Virus record (IMG/VR): IMGVR_UViG_3300010148_000009
DNA length: 20,000 bases
Strand: one strand, 5' to 3'
From: an uncultured virus (IMG/VR IMGVR_UViG_3300010148_000009)
Lineage: Duplodnaviria; Heunggongvirae; Uroviricota; Caudoviricetes
Shown here: positions 9,332 to 16,165 of the stretch, piece by piece
Numbering within the stretch: position 1 is the first letter of the stretch
How the letters are laid out: each line of letters starts with the position of its first letter
Made by a program: the position numbers and the translations under genes
Notes under the pieces: generated by a model
Told to the model about the DNA's origin: nothing
The model's input: the letters and a program-made list of their open reading frames with translations, nothing else
Databases searched by the model: none

Positions 9332-9387
9332 TGTTTTTTCTTATAATGTTCGCTCTCTCCTGCATCCTTTACTACCAACAAAGCTAA
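9331..9387 (+). CDS. 18-aa hydrophobic micropeptide MFFLIMFALSCILYYQQS
   Basis: TAATG coupling; similar to micro-ORFs at 7706 and 11953. Confidence 0.45.
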   Translation: MFFLIMFALSCILYYQQS

Positions 9388-9394
9388 AAAAATT

Positions 9395-9598
9395 ATGTCA
9401 TCATTCCAAATAAAATCACGAATCAAAGAAGTAAACGCAAGGCTTGCAAAGGCTACCGACTCGCAAGAGATCGCCCAACTAGAGAAGGATCTCCAAGATT
9501 GGAAGAACATTTTGCACGATGTCCAAATGCAAGAGTTTGAAGATCAAGTCGGCTTTAAGTCTATGGAACAAAACGCAGGCGTTTGGGACGAACGCTAA
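9395..9598 (+). CDS. Small coiled-coil protein
   Basis: Heptad-like helical hairpin, co-directional with neighbours. Confidence 0.7.
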   Translation: MSSFQIKSRIKEVNARLAKATDSQEIAQLEKDLQDWKNILHDVQMQEFEDQVGFKSMEQNAGVWDER

Positions 9599-9626
9599 AA
9601 AAAATAAAAAAAAGCTTGACAGTAAA

Positions 9627-9707
9627 ATGTTTGACCTAGTACAAATTCTAATACCCTTTTCAGCTATACTAATACCTTGCCTAATAGTTTGGATTTGGCC
9701 CGCATAA
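9627..9707 (+). CDS. 26-aa hydrophobic micropeptide MFDLVQILIPFSAILIPCLIVWIWPA
   Basis: Internal ATG of track ORF 9519-9707; its TAA stop is the first 3 nt of R3. Confidence 0.45.
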   Translation: MFDLVQILIPFSAILIPCLIVWIWPA

Positions 9708-9775
9708 GTCACTGATAATCAGGCACTTAGGGCGGCGGCGGCCCGCGACGCAAGTGCTTGATAAGCAACGGCTTA
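9705..9775. repeat. Paired-palindrome element R3
   Basis: TAAGTcaCTGAtaaTCAGgcACTTA - 21 bp GC - CAAGTgcTTGAtaaGCAAcgGCTTA. Confidence 0.95.
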
Positions 9776-9787
9776 TGAAACGCTCGC

Positions 9788-9816
9788 ATTATAACATAAA
9801 AGGCAAAAGTTGTCAA
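9788..9816 (-). promoter_or_regulatory. Consensus antisense sigma70 promoter pointing into R3
   Basis: Reverse strand TTGACA-17-TATAAT with TG extension. Confidence 0.75.
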
Positions 9817-9906
9817 GGAAAAAATGCGACTCCATTAAAGTTTTTTTGTGAATAACTTTAGAAGATTTTTCTTGCAATTACTAGGTTTTACCTTTAGATT
9901 TATAAT

Positions 9907-10095
9907 ATGCAATCAAAAGAACTAGCAATCAAAACTCTCGAATCTCGCATCGAGGGAATCCGTAACGCCATTGCAAAGATGCGTAAAGACGCAACTTCTG
10001 CAACCCGTGCCAATATCGAAATGGCAATCGAGATGCTTGCTCTCCCTGAGCTTGCCAAAGTGCAAGCCGAGCTTGCTGAAATCGAAAACTCCTAA
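9907..10095 (+). CDS. Small coiled-coil protein
   Basis: TTGCAA-17-TAGATT-tataat-ATG. Confidence 0.7.
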   Translation: MQSKELAIKTLESRIEGIRNAIAKMRKDATSATRANIEMAIEMLALPELAKVQAELAEIENS

Positions 10096-10099
10096 CACC

Positions 10100-10441
10100 A
10101 TGTTTCAAGCTCAACCATACACCCAAGACATACACGACCAATGCAAGGCATTGGATGATGTCAAGGCAGGTGTTACCTGCAAGAGTAATATCCCATCAGA
10201 TCCTGCTTGGAAGGGTAACGCCAAGCGGTGGCAAGCCCATTGCTCAGGCAATCTCTACGCTCTGACCATACAGAATAGGTCAATGGATCACACCTTTACT
10301 GTACATCAGTACGGCAAGAATGTTTTTCAAGCAGGTCTACGCTACTATCGAGGCTTTAATGTTAAGCATTCAGGCGGGGCATCTTGGACTTGGCAATGCA
10401 CTAAGATAGTCAACGCTCAACTGCTCAAGAATAACGCTTGA
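10100..10441 (+). CDS. Hypothetical protein (MFQAQPYTQD..., 113 aa)
   Basis: Start reassigned to ATG 10100, 4 nt after the upstream stop. Confidence 0.65.
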   Translation: MFQAQPYTQDIHDQCKALDDVKAGVTCKSNIPSDPAWKGNAKRWQAHCSGNLYALTIQNRSMDHTFTVHQYGKNVFQAGLRYYRGFNVKHSGGASWTWQCTKIVNAQLLKNNA

Positions 10442-10447
10442 CAAGCA

Positions 10448-10518
10448 TAAGTTCCTGATAGTCAGGCACTTAGGTGGCGGGCGGCCCGCGACGCAAGTGC
10501 TTGGTAACCAACAACTTA
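10448..10518. repeat. Paired-palindrome element R4
   Basis: TAAGTtcCTGAtagTCAGgcACTTA - 21 bp GC - CAAGTgcTTGGtaaCCAAcaACTTA. Confidence 0.95.
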
Positions 10519-10531
10519 TAAAACGCTTTAC

Positions 10532-10559
10532 ATTATATCATAATTTTTAATTTTGTCAA
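10532..10559 (-). promoter_or_regulatory. Antisense sigma70 promoter pointing into R4
   Basis: Reverse strand TTGACA-16-TATAAT with TG extension. Confidence 0.65.
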
Positions 10560-10690
10560 GTATAATATAAGGTGTTTAGTATTTGTTCTATTTGTTAGTA
10601 TCTCTTATCGCTAGTATTAGATAAATTTAAAAGTTGTATTTAGTGAATTTTTTTCTCGCTATTGTTCGGAAAGTGCTTTAGTCTTTATAT

Positions 10691-10807
10691 ATGAAAACAA
10701 AAAAGATCAAAGTAAGAATCCCAATTCTTTTCACCAAGGCTCGCCCAATGAAGGACAAGTCTAGATATTCACGCAGGGTCAAGCATAAGCAAGCCCTTTC
10801 ATACTAA
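10691..10807 (+). CDS. 38-aa basic peptide with ArfA-like motif (MKTKKIKVRIPILFTKARPMKDKSRYSRRVKHKQALSY)
   Basis: Hand-translated; leaderless promoter geometry; LF...R..K.K..Y.R..KH pattern. Confidence 0.55.
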   Translation: MKTKKIKVRIPILFTKARPMKDKSRYSRRVKHKQALSY

Positions 10808-10825
10808 ACCAAGGAGGACAAAGCA

Positions 10826-11050
10826 ATGGCTAAAGGAGGACATTCCAAAAAGGAAAACCGAAAGATAATGAAGCAAATGAAAAAGTGCAAAGAGATTCGA
10901 GAAATCGCTGAGACTGCAGATGGATACAGCGTTTTCTTGTTCGACAAGAGTATAGACCCTTTTTCAAATCATTGGTCAAGCAATGGATTTCATTCTCTTC
11001 GCAGGTGGTTGAAAAAGCACACAAGTCTCAAAAATTTAACATGGAGCTAA
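10826..11050 (+). CDS. Basic hypothetical protein, possibly HicA-like alpha-beta3-alpha fold
   Basis: Strong AGGAGG SD; the fold is a guess from the residue pattern only. Confidence 0.65.
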   Translation: MAKGGHSKKENRKIMKQMKKCKEIREIAETADGYSVFLFDKSIDPFSNHWSSNGFHSLRRWLKKHTSLKNLTWS

Positions 11051-11051
11051 A

Positions 11052-11237
11052 ATGATCTCAATAAGAAAAAACCCAAACTTTACTCAGTTCTTTCAAGTGT
11101 TTGCATATGGCAAATTTATCGATGAGCTTTTCACTCAAGCAGAAGCTTTAAGGGTTGCAGAAGATGAGGCTAAACTTCGCCAAGTAAAACAAATAAATTT
11201 TCTTGGAAATATCCTTGACATAAAGCCCAAAATGTAA
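11052..11237 (+). CDS. Hypothetical protein
   Basis: Starts 1 nt after the upstream stop. Confidence 0.65.
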   Translation: MISIRKNPNFTQFFQVFAYGKFIDELFTQAEALRVAEDEAKLRQVKQINFLGNILDIKPKM

Positions 11238-11249
11238 GAGAATTAAAAC

Positions 11250-11432
11250 ATGGAAACATTAAAAGAACTCACCGACAGAAAAAACGAACTCGAACAGATC
11301 ATTGATTTTGAGACTGACAACGCAAACGAAGGTTGCGTAAGCTCTCGCCAATTAGTGATAAACTCTCAAATGGAAATTGATTTAATCAATGAAACCATTG
11401 AAGCACTCGCAATCTCTAACTGCTTAGTATAA
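11250..11432 (+). CDS. Small acidic coiled-coil protein
   Basis: TTGACA-17-GAGAAT-taaaac-ATG. Confidence 0.65.
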   Translation: METLKELTDRKNELEQIIDFETDNANEGCVSSRQLVINSQMEIDLINETIEALAISNCLV

Positions 11433-11560
11433 TGACAGACAGAAACCAACAACTCACAGGCAATACTTTACTTATGTATCTTATGAGCCGATTTAATATG
11501 ACCCGTCAAGAAGCCCTCCACTCAATGAGGAGAGCAGGACACAACACCGAAAACCTATGA
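11432..11560 (+). CDS. 42-aa hypothetical protein (MTDRNQQLTGNTLLMYLMSRFNMTRQEALHSM...)
   Basis: Coupled at both ends (TAATG and ATGA overlaps). Confidence 0.6.
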   Translation: MTDRNQQLTGNTLLMYLMSRFNMTRQEALHSMRRAGHNTENL

Positions 11561-11808
11561 GCTATAACGGATGGAAAAATCGTCAGACCTGGAATGTCGC
11601 CCTTTGGATTCAAAACGACGAAGGTCTTTACCACTTCGCGAGAGATTGTCAAGATTATCAGCAATTTGTTGATGACATCAAAGACACTAGCGGAGACTCT
11701 GCAATCGGATACCGCACACCCGACGGTATCGCTTGGAACGATTCAGGGCTTGACACCCCAAGGCTAGACGAGCTAATAAATGAACTAAATGGTTCTGTAA
11801 GTTGTTGA
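11557..11808 (+). CDS. Conserved phage protein with YNGWxNxxTWxVxLW motif
   Basis: Recognisable N-terminal motif of a widespread phage hypothetical family; stop codon lies inside R5. Confidence 0.8.
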   Translation: MSYNGWKNRQTWNVALWIQNDEGLYHFARDCQDYQQFVDDIKDTSGDSAIGYRTPDGIAWNDSGLDTPRLDELINELNGSVSC

Positions 11809-11869
11809 AGTTCAGCCACTTAGGTGGCGGGCCGCCGCCCGCCCCAAGTGCTTGATAGTCAGTCACTTA
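11798..11869. repeat. Paired-palindrome element R5 (at the convergence point of the two arrays)
   Basis: TAAGTtgTTGAagtTCAGccACTTA - 22 bp GC - CAAGTgcTTGAtagTCAGtcACTTA. Confidence 0.95.
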
Positions 11870-11893
11870 GGACGGGGGCTTACGACCACTAAA

Positions 11894-11953
11894 TTAATCT
11901 GTTATATGATACCAAAGAGCAAGCGACATAATACATAATATTAGCAACTCCAT
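11894..11953 (-). CDS. 19-aa hydrophobic micropeptide MELLILCIMSLALWYHITD
   Basis: TAATG coupling; similar to micro-ORFs at 7706 and 9331. Confidence 0.45.
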   Translation of the reverse strand: MELLILCIMSLALWYHITD

Positions 11954-12018
11954 TAACTTGTAAACATTATATAAAATACGAATAGCCAAGGCGAAAGCAA
12001 AAGTATATCCCAAGGCAT
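11953..12018 (-). CDS. 21-aa hydrophobic micropeptide MPWDILLLSPWLFVFYIMFTS
   Basis: Starts 4 nt after the 12023 stop with AAGGA upstream. Confidence 0.45.
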   Translation of the reverse strand: MPWDILLLSPWLFVFYIMFTS

Positions 12019-12022
12019 TTTC

Positions 12023-12271
12023 TTATCCTTTCAAAACGGATTCTACAACAGGACGAGCAACAAGGTTGCGAATTGCAACTCCGTCTCCGTACTGACTACC
12101 TTTGACTACTGACTTGAACGAACGAGTTGCATAGTCGTAGTATGCGTTGACGATTGTACCAACTGCGTTCTTGTAAGAGAACCACATCTTGTCGTCTTGG
12201 CGATTTACTTGTAAAGGTTTGTAAGCCTCTACTGCGTTAGCTTGTTGGGTGAATGAGAACTCTGTTTGCAT
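12023..12271 (-). CDS. Hypothetical protein
   Basis: AAGGA SD upstream; fits the minus-strand array. Confidence 0.7.
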   Translation of the reverse strand: MQTEFSFTQQANAVEAYKPLQVNRQDDKMWFSYKNAVGTIVNAYYDYATRSFKSVVKGSQYGDGVAIRNLVARPVVESVLKG

Positions 12272-12286
12272 AATTATTCCTTTGTT

Positions 12287-12595
12287 TTAGTTTTTATCGT
12301 AAATTCTTCGCATCTCTTCGGAGAGACCAAAGTCTTCGTCTTCCTCGTCAATCTCTTCAGCAGAGTCGGTAAGAAAAAATTGCGACTCGTCTTTCAAGTC
12401 GTTCTCTTGAGCGTCAAGAGTGCCGTGTTCAGAAAGAAACTCCTCTGTTCTTACTTCTTCAACAAAGTGCATAATACTTCTGACATTTATGTTACCAATA
12501 CGCTCTTCAGCTTTCTTCTTAGTAAGCGTTTGGAAATCTTCATGAGCATCACGAATGATTGCGATGCGTTCTTCTTGTGTTAGTTGTGTTTCCAT
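12287..12595 (-). CDS. Acidic hypothetical protein (METQLTQEER...)
   Basis: Start reassigned to 12595 after TTGACA-17-TAAGAT. Confidence 0.7.
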   Translation of the reverse strand: METQLTQEERIAIIRDAHEDFQTLTKKKAEERIGNINVRSIMHFVEEVRTEEFLSEHGTLDAQENDLKDESQFFLTDSAEEIDEEDEDFGLSEEMRRIYDKN

Positions 12596-12620
12596 AATAG
12601 TAATCTTAGTATAATAAGGT

Positions 12621-13016
12621 TTAGTTGTCAAGGTCTAAATCTTTTCTGAAGTCATCCCTGAGATTGTGAAGCAAAGTGACCCAAGCAAAGTCATTGAGTT
12701 GTGCTTGGTGCATAAGTTGGGTAACTTGCACAGGAGTTTGCCAACCAAGCACATCGTCAGAAACAGACAAAGGAAGCATGGTATCTCGATCTTGAAACCA
12801 CATTGCAACTTCGTAAGTGTTGTCGTTAATGTGACCATACAAGCCTGTTCCATCGTTAAGGTTTTGAACAACTGAGATCGTGAACTGATCTTGATTGTCT
12901 TTGTCTCGTTGACCGAAAGAAAGCTTGGCTTGACGAGCCTTGCCTTGCGTGAATCCTCCATGTTGACCGAAAGTCAAATCATCGAAGCCTTTTAGTTTAG
13001 TGTCGTTTTTAATCAT
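12621..13016 (-). CDS. Conserved phage hypothetical protein (FDDLTF...LYG...TYEVA...DDVLGW)
   Basis: Start reassigned to 13016 after TTGTGT-17-TACTAT; motif pattern recalled from small phage proteins. Confidence 0.75.
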   Translation of the reverse strand: MIKNDTKLKGFDDLTFGQHGGFTQGKARQAKLSFGQRDKDNQDQFTISVVQNLNDGTGLYGHINDNTYEVAMWFQDRDTMLPLSVSDDVLGWQTPVQVTQLMHQAQLNDFAWVTLLHNLRDDFRKDLDLDN

Positions 13017-13087
13017 GTTATAATAGTAAGCGATTTTTTGAATTAACACAAGGAAAAAATGCAGAAAAGTGAAAAAAAGTTGTTGTG

Positions 13088-13159
13088 CAAGTCATTGATA
13101 GCCAAGCAGTTGCGCTGCGCGGCGGCCGCCCGCCTAAGTGCTTGACACTCAGGGGTTTA
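13088..13159. repeat. Paired-palindrome element R6
   Basis: CAAGTcaTTGAtagCCAAgcAGTTG - 22 bp GC - TAAGTgcTTGAcacTCAGggGTTTA. Confidence 0.9.
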
Positions 13160-13173
13160 AGTCGGGGCTAGCT

Positions 13174-13521
13174 TCATGGTCTTAGCATATCGTTGTAAAA
13201 TTCTTCGTCAGCTTTCCCGTCATCATTGCGAACTTGAAGCTCAAGGCATTCAGCAGGGAATACATGGCAATGTGCGTCAGCACCATTTTGCTTTATGTAC
13301 CAAGTGGGTGGGTTTTGTGGTTGAACTATCAGCCCAATGAAACTATGCTCAACGAAGTATTTGAGAACAGTTGAGCGACCAATACCATTGATCTTTACTT
13401 CGACCTCTGATCCAATCGCAGGGATCGGTTTGTTTGAAACCCATTGGAGTTTCTCAAACTCGGTGTAAGTCCCTGTAGGGCGTGAAATACTCTTGGTTTC
13501 TACTGCTTCTGTTTTAATCAT
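13174..13521 (-). CDS. Hypothetical protein
   Basis: TTGACA-17-GAGAAT-atactt-ATG. Confidence 0.7.
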   Translation of the reverse strand: MIKTEAVETKSISRPTGTYTEFEKLQWVSNKPIPAIGSEVEVKINGIGRSTVLKYFVEHSFIGLIVQPQNPPTWYIKQNGADAHCHVFPAECLELQVRNDDGKADEEFYNDMLRP

Positions 13522-13533
13522 AAGTATATTCTC

Positions 13534-13707
13534 TCAGTTTTGTTCTGTATTGTCAAGGTTATTCAAAATCTTTCTCCATGCAGAATTAACATCTTTCATG
13601 AATTCGTCAGTAGCCATCGCGGGGTAGACATGGCTTATGTCTTCGGGTTCATAAACATTGATGACATCAAAGACCGCCTTTAATTCTTGTTCAGTTAAGT
13701 TATCCAT
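13534..13707 (-). CDS. 57-aa hypothetical protein (MDNLTEQELK...)
   Basis: Internal ATG of the track ORF, overlapping the upstream stop. Confidence 0.6.
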   Translation of the reverse strand: MDNLTEQELKAVFDVINVYEPEDISHVYPAMATDEFMKDVNSAWRKILNNLDNTEQN

Positions 13708-13873
13708 TTTGTTTTGCCCTCTTGTTTTGATCATCAACAATTTTTGCGAGTCGAAGAAGTTCTGATTGAACATCTTTCTTCGCTTGTGGATCTGCTTTTG
13801 GATTCTTCAACACCTCAACCATTGGAAGGATGAGTGCTGACCATGTTGGTGTGATATCTATCGTTTTTTGCAT
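13700..13873 (-). CDS. 57-aa hypothetical protein (MQKTIDITPTWSALILPMVEVL...)
   Basis: Hand-translated; TTGACA-17-TAGATT-tatatt-ATG. Confidence 0.7.
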   Translation of the reverse strand: MQKTIDITPTWSALILPMVEVLKNPKADPQAKKDVQSELLRLAKIVDDQNKRAKQNG

Positions 13874-13925
13874 AATATAAATCTAAAGTAATTTGTTTTA
13901 ATTGTCAAGGAAATAGTTTGTGAAC

Positions 13926-14000
13926 CTCTTTCTCTCTCCCGAAGGTTGTAGGCGTGTACTGACGCCTCGTTGTTCAATGCTTTTGCATCTACAGAAAGAG
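13926..14000 (-). ncRNA. Putative small structured RNA immediately 3' of the tRNA-like gene
   Basis: Closing stem CTCTTTCT/AGAAAGAG, inner TGTAG/CTACA, AGGCGT/ACGCCT hairpin and a CTTCGG tetraloop. Confidence 0.35.
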
Positions 14001-14001
14001 C

Positions 14002-14117
14002 AGGAGCGTGGGAGATTCGAACTCCCATCTTCAGTCGCTGACCAATGATCAGTTGGCGTGGGCTTACCTAGTATACCACTTGAGAACTGACGCTTTAACC
14101 GATTAAGCTAACGCCCC
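14002..14117 (-). tRNA. tRNA-like gene with a 48-nt branched insert in place of the anticodon loop; identity unresolved
   Basis: Acceptor GGGGCGT/ACGCTCC (G3.U70), D-arm GCTT-AATCGGTTA-AAGC, stem TCAGTT/GACTGA, T-arm GGGAG-TTCGAAT-CTCCC; no encoded CCA; own upstream promoter (TTGTGT at 14175-14180). Confidence 0.8.
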
Positions 14118-14207
14118 ACAAATAAAATTGATTATCAAAAGAACTAAATACAATAATAAAGCAAACTGCAAATAACACAAGGAAAAAATTAAACAAAATG
14201 CATTTTT

Positions 14208-14279
14208 TAAATTGTTGACAGTCAAGCAGTTACGTCGCGCGGCGGCCAGGCACCGAAGTGCCTGATAGTCAAGAACTTA
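14208..14279. repeat. Paired-palindrome element R7
   Basis: TAAATtgTTGAcagTCAAgcAGTTA - 22 bp GC - GAAGTgcCTGAtagTCAAgaACTTA. Confidence 0.9.
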
Positions 14280-14985
14280 CGCCTTCTTTAACGAAGCCTG
14301 TCTCGTCTTTCTTGGCAAGTCCTTTCTCTATAAGCCCAACTACTACCCCTCTCTTGTCAAGGAATCGCAAATCTGATTCGTCACCATCGACAACTTGATA
14401 CCCGTTCCAAGTTTCAGGTAATTGGTTGCGGAAGACAACCGCAACATTGCCACCCATTTGCAAAACAAGTTGAGCGATTTTTTCGTTAGACTCGGAGCAA
14501 GAAAAAGTCAAGTGGTAGTTGCTTGGCAACTCGCCATTGAGAAAGGCTTTCATTCTCTTGAACGACTTTGTATAATCGTAGAATTGAGTTGAGCTATGCT
14601 TCTCAAATAGATTGACTCCGTCTTCATTGATAATGTCTTCCCAAGCAATGTCACTTGTAAGGTTTGGACGAAAAACCGCTTGCATACCTTTTTTAGTTGC
14701 TGACTTAATCGAAGAAGTAATTTCTTTGGATAGTTTTGCAAGGAAGTCGAACCTTTGCTCAAAGAAAAGTTTTGTCTTTGCAATGCGTGAATCTTGAACT
14801 GAATTCATTTGACCACGACCTGCGGTGTTGAGACAAGCCATAGTGCAACCTTTGCTTCTCCATCGGCAAACTTCGTACCCCGAAAGGTTTGCGGGAGCTA
14901 AATGAATTCCTTTGGTAATATATCCAAATGCCTCGCCTTTTGTAATCTTGGCATTTCCTGCGGTGAGTAGAGTTGTCTTAATCAT
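14269..14985 (-). CDS. GP88-like phage protein (Cys-cluster)
   Basis: LLT.GNAKI.KG, LAPA..SGYEVC.W.S.GC...CL..AGRG, FYDYTK, NYHLTFS, DGDESDLRFLD match the gene product 88 family as recalled; stop lies inside R7. Confidence 0.75.
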   Translation of the reverse strand: MIKTTLLTAGNAKITKGEAFGYITKGIHLAPANLSGYEVCRWRSKGCTMACLNTAGRGQMNSVQDSRIAKTKLFFEQRFDFLAKLSKEITSSIKSATKKGMQAVFRPNLTSDIAWEDIINEDGVNLFEKHSSTQFYDYTKSFKRMKAFLNGELPSNYHLTFSCSESNEKIAQLVLQMGGNVAVVFRNQLPETWNGYQVVDGDESDLRFLDKRGVVVGLIEKGLAKKDETGFVKEGVSS

Positions 14986-15048
14986 GTATAAATACTAAGG
15001 CATTTTTTTAGTCATTGCAAGAAAAAAGTTCAACTAAAAGTAAGATTT

Positions 15049-15120
15049 TAAATCGTTGGTAATCAAACACTTACGACGGCGGCGGCCGCGCCGCCTAACT
15101 GCCTGATACTCAGCGACTTA
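15049..15120. repeat. Paired-palindrome element R8
   Basis: TAAATcgTTGGtaaTCAAacACTTA - 22 bp GC - TAACTgcCTGAtacTCAGcgACTTA, followed by CGAAACGC as in R1. Confidence 0.9.
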
Positions 15121-15147
15121 CGAAACGCCAGGTTTTGCTTGGGCAAC

Positions 15148-15178
15148 AAAAAACCCCCCGCCCGATTGGCGAGGGGTT
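15148..15178 (-). terminator. Rho-independent terminator
   Basis: AACCCCTCGCC-AATCG-GGCGGGGGGTTTTTT downstream of the DUF932 gene. Confidence 0.8.
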
Positions 15179-15202
15179 ATTTGGTTGGGGTTGTATTTGT
15201 CC

Positions 15203-16126
15203 TTACTCGTAAAACTCGGCAGGAACTTCCCCATTAACATTTGCACCGATTAGTTCAGCTTCGGTGGCTTCTTCGACTTCATCAACAACATCAACATCAT
15301 CCAAATCAAAGTGGTTTGCCATATCGAAATCGACTTGAGAGTCAAGAACAGAATGCAACGCATCGGATCGAGCAGGGAGGGCAACAAGGTTGCCTTTGTA
15401 TACTTCGGTAAAAGCGTTGTAGAGAGAATTGAGGTTGCGATCACGGAACTCGACATGATCGCTCGACTCCCATTGATTGACTACATCCATAATTTTACTC
15501 TTAGGAATTGCACCTGCTTTGCAAGCTCGGATCACAAGATCGTTGGCAAGAGCATTGCCAAGCTCGAAATCTTGGTAGGCTTCGATCCTTTGATCTTGTC
15601 CGTGCCAAAAGTTGAACAACTTTCCGATTGCTCTATTGATGGTTTGGTTGAGATCGTCAAGAATGTGGCGAGTGTGCCTACGAGCGAGTTTGATCGTATT
15701 GGTAAAGATCAAGTTGTCGCAAACGAAAGGAGCATCACCTGCACACAATCCTGCAGGAAAGGTCTTGTCGTGAGAGTTACGCAATCCGATTACGCAACCA
15801 CGATCAGATTCTGCACGATTAGCGTGATCTACGGCAAACAATCCAAAATAGTGATTGTTTTCTCTAGCGAGGGAGTGAACCTCATCTTGAATGGTGAAAC
15901 CATTGTCTCCCAAAAAACCTCTAGTTCTTTCGACTAGCTCGTGATGAGGAATAGGTTGGTGAGATATGGCAAGCTCGCCTGTCTTCTTGTTAGGTTTGCT
16001 ACGATAGGAAACAGGAGGAGTAGGAACTCCGACTACTTGTTCGTAATCTACCATAGTGCGATTACCTCCACAAATGCTAAGGTTAACAGATTTGCGAGGA
16101 GCGATGTTGTTTTCTTGATTTTCCAT
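15203..16126 (-). CDS. DUF932/DUF945-family protein
   Basis: HQPIPHHEL, GLRNSHDKT...G...FVCDNL...RRHT and NSLYNAFTE are typical of DUF932; acidic C-tail. Confidence 0.8.
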   Translation of the reverse strand: MENQENNIAPRKSVNLSICGGNRTMVDYEQVVGVPTPPVSYRSKPNKKTGELAISHQPIPHHELVERTRGFLGDNGFTIQDEVHSLARENNHYFGLFAVDHANRAESDRGCVIGLRNSHDKTFPAGLCAGDAPFVCDNLIFTNTIKLARRHTRHILDDLNQTINRAIGKLFNFWHGQDQRIEAYQDFELGNALANDLVIRACKAGAIPKSKIMDVVNQWESSDHVEFRDRNLNSLYNAFTEVYKGNLVALPARSDALHSVLDSQVDFDMANHFDLDDVDVVDEVEEATEAELIGANVNGEVPAEFYE

Positions 16127-16165
16127 AGTAATAATAATAGTTGAGTTAGGTTAAAATGTCAAGGA

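Noticed and set aside
7245..10141. Minus-strand track ORFs 7245-7502, 7744-7986, 8519-8719, 8973-9194, 9328-9510, 9479-9712, 9929-10141 and plus-strand 8962-9183
   Set aside because: Shadow frames overlapping better-supported plus-strand genes, promoters or the repeats.
14002..14117. Ordinary tRNA-Leu(CAA), tRNA-Sec/Trp(TCA), tRNA-Ala or canonical tmRNA
   Set aside because: No 7-nt anticodon loop closes, there is no long variable arm, and the discriminator is U. It is too short for tmRNA, has a paired D-stem, and is too short for a group I intron.
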